DNA from: Catajapyx aquilonaris
Lineage: Eukaryota
Reading direction: 5' to 3'
DNA: 62,513 nucleotides
NCBI GenBank assembly: GCA_000934665.2
Contig: KZ538555.1
Location: 1 to 62,513, forward strand
Under the pieces are notes generated by a model. That model did not search any database and was not told where the DNA came from. It saw only the letters and a list, made by a program, of their open reading frames with translations. A program made the position numbers and the translations under genes. Position 1 is the stretch's first letter. Each line of letters starts with the position of its first letter. Positions 12,097-24,544 of the stretch are shown one piece after another.

Positions 12097-12702
12097 CAGC
12101 CCCCTGCAACTCCCACCCTTGCCTTATGGTGATGGTAGGGAACTTAGGGAGTCTCCACCACCCCGGATTTGGCGTTTCCAATGCTCCACCAATGCTCCAC
12201 GGGCATCGAGGTAGTTCAGGTGGTTGGCAAGCGAGTCAGTGAATGTGCTCCGAACCCAGCTGCTGGGGAAAGGAAGGTTTGGCTTGGTTGAAGGCGTCTG
12301 CCTGAACTGCATCAATGCCTGTGGAGCCCCGCCAGCGCCAAATCCAGGTTAGCAGAGACTCTCTAAGTCAGTGCTTCCTGATCTTTTTCGTTGGCGACTC
12401 CAGAAAATTGACTGGTAAAATTCGCGACCCTCCATGCAGTGTCCAGATGTGCACATTTTAATCATCTAACATGAAAAGGCATGTAAACAGAGTTAGTCAA
12501 TAAAAATAATTGATAACTATTGTGGAGTATCTGAATTGTTCTGTAATTTACCTTATGCTCATAATTTTCAAAACCGAATTTTGTGAAAATAATTTGTTAC
12601 CCTCCCTCGCAGCCCCAAATATAAGTTCATGGGGTTGTGACCCACAGTTTGGGAAGGACTGCTCTAAGTCCTCTACCATATCATAGGAGTTGCAGGAGGC
12701 TG
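12097..12702. mobile_element. hAT non-autonomous element
   Basis: TIR CAGCC.CCTGCAACTCC; perfect 8-bp TSD ACCAAGAT at 12089 and 12703. Confidence 0.85.
12369..12661. mobile_element. Charlie-like hAT MITE nested in the previous element
   Basis: CAGTGCTTCC...GGGAAGGACTG; 8-bp TSD CTCTAAGT at 12361 and 12662. Confidence 0.85.
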
Positions 12703-13366
12703 ACCAAGATCAACAACTCGTTCTGGATTTACTAAGTACACGCAACTCAGCCCAAGTACAGAATGGCCAGGAAGTTTCTCCCCATCCCTAAAGATCTGTT
12801 TCCACTAGCCCAAAATCCAGAGACAATCCAAAAAAATTTGGGAAAAAAAAGCAATACCCAAAAGGAGGTCCAACATAAGCACCAGAAATTTGACCCTTTC
12901 CCAAAATTTTCCTGCCCAAATCAAAATCCAAGATGCCACACAACATTTAGAATCCATGGTTAATTGAGATTGAATTTAATAAACCTGACCATATACATGT
13001 CCAGGAGGCCAACTTGGGGAATTGATAAGTCAAGTCTGGAAGTAGATAATGCTTTCCTAGCAGATCTAAAAAGCAGTTCAAAAATTGACAGTTGGGACAG
13101 TTTCAAGACCTGTGCAGGCCAAAAGCGCTCATGCTACAGAAACAGGACCAGTCCAATCTTTGTACAGAGCAAAAATTGCAGCAGTAGATATTGGCCTTAA
13201 GGGGATTGAGGCAGGACCTAGTCTCTTATGAAAAATGTTCGAATGCAAAGGAGCTACTCCACCATTCCCAGATTGAACTATATTTTGGTACTCTGTTAAA
13301 TTTCACATTTAGAAATTACATTGCTTAAACTACCAACATGCTACCAAACACATGATTAATCTAATT

Positions 13367-13741
13367 GACTGTTTTCACTGCCCACATCGTGCTGCAAAGT
13401 GCATGAACCCCGCACAGTTAAAACAGATTTCGTTTCTCGTGCCATTCCCGCCGCTCAGACGGGGACGCAAGGGTCTGGAGGGCCTCATGTGCGAGTAAAC
13501 GGCGCGAAAAGACCACACGGAAAGGCAGTCAAGCCATCTTTTTCGTGCCATCTGCCTTCTAAATCCGGATGGTGCACACCGTAAGCATCTATACAATGCG
13601 TCCAGATGCGTCTCCCTTGGCAACGGGCGTTCCAAACACGATTTCAGTGAAAACAAGGCTTGTAGTGAAAACTACTTATTTTCGAACGAAGATTTCGTGC
13701 GGCACGAATATGCGGCACGACGTGGGCAGTGAAAACTAGGC
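13367..13741. mobile_element. MITE (Harbinger-like)
   Basis: GTTTTCACTGCCCAC.TCGTGC.GCA inverted at both ends. Confidence 0.7.
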
Positions 13742-14956
13742 TTAATGCAGGATCAATTACTTTTATTGACCCTAAGGCCCAATACACAATGAATTTTACA
13801 TGGCATTAAATAGTGTTCACCTAAGAATCAGTACTTGGATTCCCCCTGCTATATGTCTAAGGTCCCTCAAAATAATTGACAAGCACTCTACAGTCTCCCT
13901 ATCCCGGTGCTTGTCTGTTCATTTTTCCTATCTCCGGATGAATCTGCAAGTCAAAGGTCCTGCAAGTCATGCTATTTCTTCCAGGACTACAGAGCAAAAG
14001 GACTTGCTCATGGGATTGCACTGATTAATTTTTTCAGTCTATTGCCCTTGGCCTTCAGAAATGGAATAACAATGAGCTGATCCCCCTTGGATATGCTCGA
14101 CATGGAGCACGCCACCTTGCCGGGCGTGGTATGCATGCGCCGACTCTTAGCTATGTATTTAGGAGGTATTGGTAATATCTTCCAGTGGTGGCAGTTTCAA
14201 GTCTCTGCATTCATCAGTATCCTTTCCAGACATCATGAACGGGTTTCAATTGATTCGCCCTCATATATGGGTCCAACTCAACCCTGCCTAGCTCTTGACC
14301 CGGGATTACTCAATCATGCTATTTGTGCAGTCATTTTGTATAAGGGCCTAAGTTGCCAAATTGCCTGTCATTACTCTAACACATTTCAACCGAAACTATT
14401 TGGACCATCCTATGGCATTGCATGACATACCTATGCAAGCACACTGGGTCGCACACTGAAACACAGGGTATACCAGACACACACGCAGTGGGTGCATAAT
14501 ATGCTGCTAAGAACACACTACCGAACACACAGGTTATGTTGCACTACTGCTTCAACCCGAGAATGGTACTGAAGTCACTAGCCCTTGACAGTTTTACTGT
14601 TGGCACTATGTAAGTCATTGTTGTTCACCGTGACATTAGTACCACTCTATGGTAGAACCCATACTACATGTACATATGTTCGTGTATTACTTGCCCCACT
14701 GGCAAATCAATTCTGTGCTGTGCTGCTACTATGCCAAGTTGGGCTGAGAAGTCTATCCATCTCTAATGAAGCAGGAAGCCTGCTTTACTGTTATGATGGT
14801 TGTGCGTCAAAAAAGTGTGCCACGCTGATTATCCCCTGCGTCGCCACCGCTCGCCCCCCACCTCAGACCCCCTACTCCTACCTCTCGGACTCGTCTTACC
14901 CCCTCCCCCCACCTCCCCCAGATGTGTCCGTCCGTGGGCGTGTTGGATATATTTAC

Positions 14957-15130
14957 CTGAGAGCATCTAAGAGAGTCGAAAAGATGACTGGGGTTGCTTC
15001 CTAATCTGACGAACTACCCCGGGACCAGTGTCATCATAAGAAACAGACAGTAACTGCGTGTACGTATGGTACGGGAAGAGGAATGGAACGAAAATATATA
15101 TAACGAGGGATGGCAACGGGGGAAAATGGA
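14957..15130 (-). other. RBM26: Probable non-coding first exon of RBM26/27
   Basis: CAG|GTAAAT donor at 14956 next to a CpG-rich promoter region; the TSS end is approximate. Confidence 0.5.
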
Positions 15131-15355
15131 TGACGGTCAAACCTGATTGGCCGACGAACCAGGAGAGAAGGGAGGGCCGAATATAACCAACGTAACGCTT
15201 GCTAGCTATGGGGGATTTAGCGGCTATTCCAGAATTTTCTATTGGTTAGTAGCTCAATAATCGCATAATGCTATATTAGCCAGAGTGTAAAAATTATACA
15301 GATTTGTACGTCCAACGTCGTTCTCGGTCGTTCTACTGCGTGTTCTTTTGCTAGC
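15100..15355. promoter_or_regulatory. Putative bidirectional promoter RBM26 / ATXN3
   Basis: CpG-rich, TE-free interval between opposite-facing donors (14956 minus, GTAAGT at 15356 plus); reverse CCAAT boxes (ATTGG) at 15146 and 15241. Confidence 0.55.
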
Positions 15356-15872
15356 GTAAGTCATTGCTAGCAGCCTGCTTGTGCTAAGCAGGCTTTTGAT
15401 GGGTTAACATGATTATCAGTATTGTTGACATTGGTATTGATAAATGGTGGAACGAAAATTCGATCGTGTGAAGTGTTGATATCTCACGGCATGGTAACCA
15501 TGTCAATGTTGAGTTGACGTACTTAGAGCATATTGTCAATTGGAGAATTGTCACCAACAGCCCTAGAATCGCCTAGAACCATTTGGTGCTCAATTTCAAT
15601 ACTTTGTCAAGTATTTTTCCAGTAGCTAATATAACTACGGCTGAACAAACCTCTGAACTAATACAACTACTTGTGAGACCGTGGGAAAGTGCTATGCCCT
15701 GCCACTATCTTAATCATAATTTGCTCAAGTAATGATGGATGTAAATGTGAGTGAAATATGACTTACAAAGTATGTAAACTGTGGTATGGAGCTTGTTGTC
15801 CTTGTCATATTTTCAGGTGAGGTCTTTGCTGAACAGTATTCGTAGCAGCCATTTGAACACACCCTAGCAAAC

Positions 15873-15896
15873 ATGGAGTCCATTTTTCACGAGAAG
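15873..15896 (+). CDS. ATXN3: Ataxin-3 coding exon 1
   Basis: ATG GAG TCC ATT TTT CAC GAG AAG = MESIFHEK, the ataxin-3 N-terminus; GTAATT donor; acceptor at 15816 gives the UTR part. Confidence 0.93.
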
Positions 15897-17004
15897 GTAA
15901 TTATCTTTATGCATCTCATATGTGTCATCCAGTTGTCATTGAGTTTTAGAACGTGGTACAGTGGACAAAAAAGCTCAAGATGTACAGCACCCCCGCAACC
16001 ACTATAATTCTCGATTCATGTTACTATTATGTCCACTGTAATGATGCAATATTGCATGCCGTTCTAGCTGTTGATAGCTCATTATCGTTTGAGACAAGAG
16101 TTTTACCATGAATGTGAGGAGATTTTAGAAAAATAAAACCTATTGTTGGCGAAATGGACGGCGGCGTCATCTGCATACCTACATTACACAATAAAATTAA
16201 GAACTAATTATATGGTCCATTGCTTCAAGCAAACGGGGGGTGGCCAAATTTGGCGAAAATGGGTGAAGAACTAATGCCAAGCCATATTTAGAGATTTTCT
16301 AAATCGCGACACCCTTGCCCCATTCTGCTAATGCTCCCTGTGGCTTTGGCAGCACCATTCATCTAACCCGCATAACTCAAGTGAAGACTCTCCACCCCAA
16401 ATGCACAATTTGAGCATGTCTCACTTCCTGTAAATTGTGTGTGGCATGGAGACATCATTGTGTGGCATTGGTGTCCTAGAACCACTACAGCCATAGGGAC
16501 ACATCTGAGTTTCCTCCTCTGTGGTCATGCGACTTGATCATTGGCGCTATTGCCCATGGGGTGATCGAGTTAATTTGCTCTCTTGATGGAAGCAAACATT
16601 ACCCCCTGGAGGAACTTCAACCCCTCCCCATAATCACAACCACAAAGATGGAGTGAGAACCTTGGTGCCAAGTCCACTTTGCCCAAAATCAACTCAAATT
16701 TGGCCCACAAATGGTTGGAACAGCAGTGATCAATCACAAACAACTTCAGATGATTTGTACAGACTGGAAACTACTCAAAGCACTCCCTCCTTCAAGCCTA
16801 CCCATCCCTCTCCACAGTGTGGTGGGAAAGTGCCACTTTTTAGTGTTTATTTCGGTAGAAAGTTGTCCCATGGCATTTTGAACAGTCACGTTTGTGTTTT
16901 CGTTGATCCATGGACTTGCTTCAGACAAAAAAAATTGTCATTGTATAGTGCCAATTTCCAAAGTGTTGAAATCTGATGTGTGGCATTCATGGGAGCACAT
17001 AATT

Positions 17005-17250
17005 AAGGGGAGACAATGCAAAGGTCCTAAGTGACAAAACGTTGATTTTGAGTTATGCATGTTTCTTTCTCCTCAACAAAACAACATAGGCAACCTCCCC
17101 ATCTACTGGCCAAATGCAGAACCTTACTGATTTTTCTGGCACTTGGGACTTCTTCTACCCAACATTGGCGATGGCACATAGGATACCTTGACACTCATAA
17201 CTCAAATCCGGATTTTTTTGACACTTAGGACCTTTGCATTGTCTCCCCTT
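17005..17250. mobile_element. MITE
   Basis: About 35-bp TIR AAGGGGAGACAATGCAAAGGTCCTAAGTG.CAAAA. Confidence 0.8.
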
Positions 17251-17908
17251 CTATTGAAAGCAGCATGAAGTGGAGAAACATGCCCCCTTGCTTGCACCTT
17301 AGGGTACAGTATGGTGGCATCAGCAAATCATCCTGAAAAGACACATTACTGTCAAAATGTGCTATCACCATGGCTCTTGTAGTCAGACAAGCTCTTTACA
17401 TCCCGTGAAAAAGGAATAGTGGGGAATCGCTACGCTCCCAATGTTAATTTCCCGACTTCATAACTTGCGATCGGGTTAATCGATTTCAAATCGGAAACAA
17501 GATTTACACTCCGCTCACTACAGTTACAAACTTTAGATAGATAAACAACAACTAGGGCCATTACCGGGGTCATTAGCTGGGGTCAAAGTTCAAAAAAGTA
17601 TCATTACTTAGACCAGGGTACAGCCTAAACGTTGCGTCGTAGAGGGTCATACAATGTGTCATTAGAACTGCAATGTTCCCAGGAGGTGCCCTTCTGCCTA
17701 CCTTTTTTTGAGAAAAACCTTTATTTTTTGAGTGACGAGGCGATTTCGATAGTGTCAGTTTTGTGACTCTCGCTCTCTTTCTGCACCACAGAAAAACCCA
17801 CCATGACCCATGTACTCGTCTGAGAGTCGATGCGGAGAGGCTCTTAATAATAATTAAAATACCTAAAATATCTTTACATTACTTTATTCTGATGATGAAA
17901 ATAATTAA

Positions 17909-18397
17909 ATAAAAATAGGCAGTAAAACTGCCGAAAACTATTCTTCCTCTGGGTGAGATTAAGGCCCCTAGTCTGGTGACCCCAGGTAAGCTTTCCCGCG
18001 GGCAATCACCATGGCAACATATGTAAAAGGATAGCAGTAAACAACCAGTTACCCCAGGGGGCAAGCTACCCCGGGTCACCAGACTATATACCTAAAAGTA
18101 AGAAGCAAGTCCATAGGTGGAGGTTGGTTCGTGTCATAGGGATGTGTGATAATTAAATTTAATTCAAAACATTCGTGCTTTGGGGCTGGGAAGAATTAGG
18201 CAGAGTATGAGAGTCGGAGAAGTACATAAAAGCGATATCTGCCTAATTCCTGCCAGCTCCAAAGCACGAATGTTTTGAATTAAATTTAATTATCACACAT
18301 CCCTATGACACAAACCAACCCCCACCTATGGACTTGTTTCGTACTTTTAATCTCACCCAGAGGAAGCATAGTTTTTGGCAGTTTTACTGCCTATTTT
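17909..18397. mobile_element. Fold-back element with a small nested MITE (about 17962-18092)
   Basis: Near-perfect palindrome centred at about 18235; the left arm is interrupted by an element with TAGTCTGGTGACCC inverted ends. Confidence 0.75.
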
Positions 18398-18413
18398 TTA
18401 TTATATTGTAGTT

Positions 18414-18680
18414 AGGGCGACACGGTGGCCGAGTGGTTAGCGCCGCAGCCTTTCACCTCTAAGGTCCCAAGTTCGATCCCCGGGTGAAACGGAGGATACT
18501 TATGTGGATAGAGTTTCAATGGGTTCTCTCCGTGTTCCCGTGGGTTTTCTCGGGGTTCTCCCATTTCCTCCCACAATCAAAATCCATCACAGCACAGGCA
18601 ATGATTAAAGACTGTTATTCAAAAGATGAACCCCTAAGAGGCCCAAGGAAGCCTATCACGGGGTATCCATTATAATAATA
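18414..18680 (+). mobile_element. V-domain-like tRNA SINE
   Basis: A box TGGCCGAGTGG, B box GTTCGATCCC, then GTTCTCTCCGTGTTCCCGTGGGTTTTCTCGGGGTTCTCCCATTTCCTCCCACA, resembling the V-SINE domain as I recall it. Confidence 0.75.
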
Positions 18681-18728
18681 ATATGGTAGATGGCCAAATG
18701 TTATGCCACTGCAGTATTGTACTTATTA

Positions 18729-19184
18729 CAGTTGAATTCAGATATAACAGCCTGGTTCAGTGGGGCTTAAGGTCGGCCTATTTCTGCCTCTAAGGCTCAA
18801 CACCGACGCAAGGGGGTGGTCCTCCTCCTGGAAATTTGGCCACTCTGGGGATCTTTAACGTGCACTCGCGCAATGTCACAAGCACACGGGACCGACGGCT
18901 TTACTTCCCCTCCGAAGGAAGGCGCACTCTCACTTTTCTACCACCCGGAGAAAAGTCACCGACCTCGGCTTTTCTCCGGGTGGTAGAAAAGTGAGAGTGC
19001 GCCTTGATATAACAGCCTGGGCTATAACAGACTTTCGGTTATAAGGGCCTGTTCCGGCATTCTTCCATAAGGCCCTGTGTATTTTTACTCCTGATATAAT
19101 ATAGACTCAATTTTCACCTCACCTCGGATATGACAGACTATTATTCTGCGGTCTCTTGAAGTCTGTTATAACTGGATTCAACTG
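18729..19184. mobile_element. pogo/Tigger-like MITE
   Basis: TA|CAGTTGAATTCAGATATAACAG...CTGTTATAACTGGATTCAACTG|TA. Confidence 0.8.
18756..19005 (-). mobile_element. 5'-truncated Nin/Deu-domain-like SINE
   Basis: Minus strand TTCGGAGGGGAAGTAAAGCCGTCGGTCCCGTG...GCACGTTAAAGATCCCC; 15-bp TSD GATATAACAGCCTGG at 18741 and 19006. Confidence 0.72.
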
Positions 19185-19189
19185 TACTA

Positions 19190-20255
19190 TTAACCCCATT
19201 GCTACCTGCTGTATTGCCTAGATTTTCACTTACTCATACTATGAAAATAAGGACAACATATTTTACAAAATAATAATAACAGCTGTACTGTATACTGTAC
19301 TTACATATTCATGCTCTGTATGTGACGGAAACAATTTTCCTTGTCTAGAAGTCCCTAAATAAATTTTCAATGAGATTGCTATAAAAACCCGAAATTCAGG
19401 TATTACCAGCCAACTGTTAAGCTGATTTAATAATTAAATATGTTAAAGTATGTGGAATATCTACCTTGAGAAACGTTCCAGAAGAATTTGCTGAAATCTT
19501 CATATTTCGCGAAAATTAAATAAGTTTGGGAGTTTTCATATGTGACAGGCAAGCTGCAGATAAGTATTGATTTTTTTAAATTATTATTATTATTTATTTA
19601 TTTATTTAGATTACCCCGTAATACAGCTGTAAGCCGTTTTAGGGGGGTGGCATACCACCATCAGTTTTCTAGTGTTTTTACCACTTTTTTTTCTTCATAC
19701 TCCGGTGCAGGGAAACAGGGTCATTGGGAAAGGATAGGGATTTTTGGGGAGGGGACACTTGTGCAGGTGCAATGTCATGTAACCTTCGGGCCATGTGCAG
19801 TCCCCCAGGAGGGTAGGTTGCCAGACACCTCCTTGGTGCAGTTTAGAGACCCTCCCGACGCAGGTGAAAGGAAGTTCCCCAGGTGGGGATCGAACCTGGG
19901 GCCTTTCACTCAGCAAGCCGAGACATTACCATCTCGGCCACCACACCTCCCCCGATAAGTATTGATTTAATTCTCGCAAAGTACCACGATTTCAGCAATT
20001 CGTCTGGTATAGTTCTCAATGTAGATATTCTGTATATTTTAACAGGCTATTTCAAAATAATTAAATCAGACTAACATTTGGCCGGTAGCACTAGAATTTC
20101 GTTCTTTTACGACTATCTTTGTGAAAATCATTTTAGGGACTTCTAGGCCAGGAAAATTGTCTCCAACAGATTCCTAGTGCAGACTAGTGTAGAGCATAAA
20201 TGTGTACGTATGATATGATACATATAGCACTATAGCTGTTATTATTTGTAAAAAT
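19190..20255. mobile_element. piggyBac-like fold-back element interrupted by SINEs
   Basis: TTAA|CCCCATTGCTACC start; about 19260-19550 inverted against about 19970-20255; related end at about 42916-43100. Confidence 0.55.
19574..19953 (-). mobile_element. tRNA-derived SINE family A
   Basis: Head GGGGAGGTGTGGTGGCCGAGATGG...GGTTCGATCCC; 15-bp TSD GATAAGTATTGATTT at 19559 and 19954. Confidence 0.9.
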
Positions 20256-20632
20256 AGGGAGGCGGAGTGGCGCTGCGGTAATGTATGAGCCCACAGATGT
20301 TAAGGTCCCAGGATCGCTCCCAGCCCGGGGTTACCCCCTTCATTTCGTGCAGAGTTCGGGGTCATCTCTGGATTCGTCTCAGGCGGTATCTCCGTTAAGA
20401 GAAACCACCCGGGGAAGTTCACAAAATGACCACAGCAACGACATTGCACTGCACCTTGCACATCCCCTCCTGTCATCCTGCCCTTGGGCCCGGGGACTTC
20501 AAAAACAAAGGTTCCACTGTACAATGTACAAAATAACTACCATACAACAAAGGTCCGTGTGATATACCCCAAGAGGGGTGAAAGCACTACCCAGGATGAT
20601 GATATTCTATTATTATTAAATATTATTATTAT

Positions 20633-20688
<56 letters not shown>
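20256..20688 (+). mobile_element. SINE family B with (ATT)n/(AGT)n tail
   Basis: Homologous to the 5729 copy; tail expanded into (AGT)n at about 20634-20688. Confidence 0.85.
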
Positions 20689-21060
20689 AAATATCTTGTC
20701 CTTATCTTCAGAGTATGTGTAAGCGAAAACCTAGGCTATGGTGGTATAGCTGGTAGCAAAGAAGTTTAAAAAAAAACTGAAGTAAGAGCAAAAACATTCC
20801 CTTCAGTAAAAAGAAGAGTAGGATCATAAAATACTGGTAGGATATGGGAAGTACGTCATTACATTCTGGTGTTATCTGAAAAATGCCATGGTTGGCATCT
20901 GCGTGTCCAATTGGCAATCCATGATGATATGACATTCCAAAGCATCCAGAGGGATGCCGGGATACTTGGTATCCATTGTACATTTGTGAATAAGTTGTGT
21001 TACCCCCCTTGAATTAATAATAACAACATCAACAGTAACAATAACAATTTCATATTCTAG

Positions 21061-21225
21061 CAAGAAGGCTCACTCTGTGCACAGCATTGTCTTAATGCAC
21101 TACTTCAAGGATCATACTTTACACCTGTGGAGCTAGCAACTCTGGCCCAACAAATGGATGAAGAGGAGCGGAAGAGGATGGCAGAATCGGGAATAAATTC
21201 TGAGGATTACAGGAAATTTTTGGAG
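21061..21225 (+). CDS. ATXN3: Ataxin-3 coding exon 2 (Josephin, catalytic Cys)
   Basis: QEGSLCAQHCLNALLQGSYFTPVELATLAQQMDEEERKRMAESGINSEDYRKFLE; TAG acceptor, GT donor, 165 nt. Confidence 0.96.
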
Positions 21226-21287
21226 GTCACTTATCTTTATATGTCAATTAGGCCTAAAGCATTTTCTTAACTATCAGCTTCCTAACG

Positions 21288-21970
21288 TAATGGGGAAGTA
21301 GCCTTCATTTTGGAAATTACATAATAAATTCGCCCATATTTTTTTGGATTTTTTTGGCATATTCCGTTTTAAGATATCAGTTTCAGTTCCGGAGTAATTG
21401 GGGTTTTTATGTAGGGAAATGGTGACGTCACTGTGTCCCTAGAAAATGTTGACGTCACACGAAGTGAAATGAACACAAAAATGGTGTTATAGAACGCGCC
21501 CCGTCATTGTCGTAAAATGCTTCGCTGTTGTTAGCAACCGTCCCATTCCGTGAGCAAGATAGCGGCCGGGGTGCGTATTTATTCCAGGCCGCTCAAGCCG
21601 CTTTGTACGTGGCAGTGATGCCACCAGCTCGGAAATATCTGTCTCCCGAATTAGGCACATAAAGACCCCCCTTCTCCACCTCGATGGCCTACAGCCGCCT
21701 TGCGAATGCTTTCCGTCGTGTCCGCGGTTAATTAAAAGTCAAATTCCTCATATCTCGCAGTCAACCAGGCATTTCAGAGTACCCTTTCGATTGGCACCAC
21801 CCGGCCGGGGCATTTTTCCCGCCAATTTTGAAGGCACATTTAAATGTGCCGTAATTTATCCAGTAATGTCATTTTGATGCAACAGAGTGATGGAATGTAT
21901 GTTTACAGGCATGGGCTAGCTAGTTATGAACAAAAATCCCAAATCCCAGACCAAGGCTACTTCCCCATTA
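21288..21970. mobile_element. Non-autonomous DNA transposon
   Basis: TIR TAATGGGGAAGTAGCCTT at both ends. Confidence 0.7.
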
Positions 21971-22998
21971 TTATATGATATACCTTTTTCTTTTTAAAAA
22001 CTATTATGCATTTATGACGCAGACACTTTTTGCTGCTAATGACAAAATAAATATCTGTGAACAGTTCACACCTTTCATGCAGGATATCTGGCTTGTACTT
22101 TTAAAGGTGTTTTGTTCTTTTTCAAACATTTTCCCAAAGTTCAAGTTGCAAGGGCAAAGGAGGTGTGACTGAGGGGCAGTGGAAGTGCAATATCTATTGT
22201 TCTGGACATTTAGTGTTATCTTGGGTGGTTAGTCTACCAAATCCTCAACTTGAGATGAAGCCAGAGAAGATCTATCTCTGTAGGAGTGACAAAGCCAAAG
22301 CATAGACTTTGGCCTGAACCCAGTACTTGTTTATCCATGGGCACATGCATGATTACTGATGCATCATTCCACCTCCCCTTTTCACAAGAATTTAAGATAG
22401 CCCTTTGAATGCTTTTATGGGATAGATAATTTTAGATGTCAAAAGAAGTCAAAAGAAGAACTGGTATTGTACCTCCAACAATAACAGTATATCATGGCAT
22501 TTCCTAAAAAGTGGGAGTTAGTGATAAGACAGTACAACTGAGTTATAACTGTAGATGATATAATGTGGAAATAAGAACTATTGCACAATGAAACACCATT
22601 TCATTGCAAATTTTACTAAATGTAGGACAGGGATCAAATTTCCATTCACAATTTGCGAACAATGTGAGGTTAGATTTAAAAATAAAGATGATGGTGGATG
22701 TCACTAAGCTCCAGTTGTATCAACTCAAATTATTAGGAGAGAAGCTCTGATTATGAAGTATGAATACCTACACATAATTGGAGCTTTCCTGTAATATATG
22801 TTCATGCAACTGGGCCTTAGAACTCCATATGTGAAATGATAAGTGGTGCATTCTGCTTTTGAAAATGGCTCCAATGTAATAATATAATCATGCAAGGGAT
22901 TTGAAGTTGTTTATTACACTAATAGTCTATCATTATTGCATAACAATTAGCAAGATAATAACATATTGCTCTAACTTCTAATGTTTTTTTTTGCACAG

Positions 22999-23135
22999 CA
23001 ACCATCAGGAAATATGGACGACAGTGGATTCTTCTCCATTCAGGTGATAAGCTGTGCCCTGGAAGTCTGGGGCCTGGAGTTAGTGCCCTTGAACAGTGCA
23101 GATGATCGAGTGGTTGTTACACAGCATTGCCCACA
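22999..23135 (+). CDS. ATXN3: Ataxin-3 coding exon 3 (Josephin)
   Basis: QPSGNMDDSGFFSIQVISCALEVWGLELVPLNS...; CAG acceptor, GTGAGT donor. Confidence 0.96.
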
Positions 23136-24544
23136 GTGAGTCAGATAGCTTTATGCTTTTACTAGTTACTAACCTGCATACTTCTGGAAGTAGTAAATGA
23201 TATGGTGGATGCTCCAAATTTACTCCCTCATTCAATAAGTGATTCTGGGGCACTAAGCTACTTATTACAATCTTTTATGAACCATCAAAAATATTAGTAC
23301 CTAATAGTATGTTGAATGGAAGAGTAAGGACAGACCCCTCTACAGTAGCAATACTACAACCAGGGGCGCCGATTCTGTCTTTTTTGTTGCTGCCCAATAC
23401 CTCTGAAGGGGCTGGGTGGATTCAGACTCTTGGGTGAGTCTGTGGAGTAAAAGAGATAGAAGAGTGGCAGAACAATGGACAAAAAAATATGAGAAAAGGT
23501 TAGGTGTGTAAAGGGATGGGTGGGTGATTGCCATGCCTTGCAATACCATAATTTTCATATGTTCAGCACCCCGGATTTTAACTCTGGACCTGTGCATCAT
23601 ATTGAGACTCTGCCTAACAGGGACTTTCATTGTCTCTCCAATGCTACTGAACCTTCACATGTAAGGAGTATGGATGGAGTAACAGATGAGTGAGGGAGCG
23701 ACTTGTGACAGGGCCTAGTGCTCCCAGAGTCCAGAGTTATCAAGTCTTTTGTTCATCAGGCAGTGTAATATAAGTGGTAGTATAATGATATCATGGCATT
23801 ACACTATCCAGTCAGAGCATGCACAAGACTTACACCAGAATTAACAAATGCAAGGCTCACAATGGTATTACGCCAGTGCTACACTCTTAAGGATTTTAAT
23901 GGACTTACCCAGCCGGTGCTACACTGGCCTATAAATGAAAAGGCCTATTGTGTAGCTATTGTACAGTGGCAATAAGGATTCATCAATCCTAATATTAGCA
24001 GTTAAAACAAATACAGGTTGAGAATCCTTTATCCAAGACCAGCAATGGTTCAGATTTGTTTTTTTTTTCTGATTTTGAAATTATGTGTATATTTGTATCT
24101 ATAAAAAGACAGCTTTGAGATGGGATAAATGCCTCAACGTGATATGCATATACGTTCCTTAATAGAGATTGCACATAAACCCTGATGAAGGTTTTAAAAA
24201 TAAAATCTGGGTAATTTTTTATACGTGCCGATACAGGTGTCATACTAGTTATGACACAATCACAAGGAACTTTCCAGTGGCCCCCGTCCCTCCCTAAGGC
24301 ATGGAGGCATCCCCCCTACTAAAAGTTCATTTTATCTAGTGTAAATTTTCATTTTATGTCAATACTATCTAGGGTGACATACTGTAGTGTAGAGCATTTT
24401 ATTCTTTGAGCTAATGCCAAACCTATACAGAGCACATCCTTTGATTGAATTAGCTACTTGAAATGATTGCAAAAAATCAAATTAGGCAAAATCAAAATTC
24501 TTCTAAGAGAAACACATCGTCTGACATGTCGACACCTAAGGATT

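Noticed and set aside
14118..14170. GCCGGGCGTGGT start resembling 7SL/Alu
   Set aside because: Similarity fades after 12 nt; no S domain; compatible with chance
14185..14225. Hammerhead-like CTGATGA...GAAAC on the minus strand
   Set aside because: Stem II cannot pair and I found no convincing stems I or III
18414..18485. tRNA genes here and at the other A-box/B-box heads
   Set aside because: No complete cloverleaf; each continues into a SINE body and tail, usually with a TSD
19542..19958. Recurrent ORFs such as CAVPQEVRLPDTSLVQVRDPPDAGERKFPR in several places
   Set aside because: Antisense translations of SINE family A copies, not a protein family
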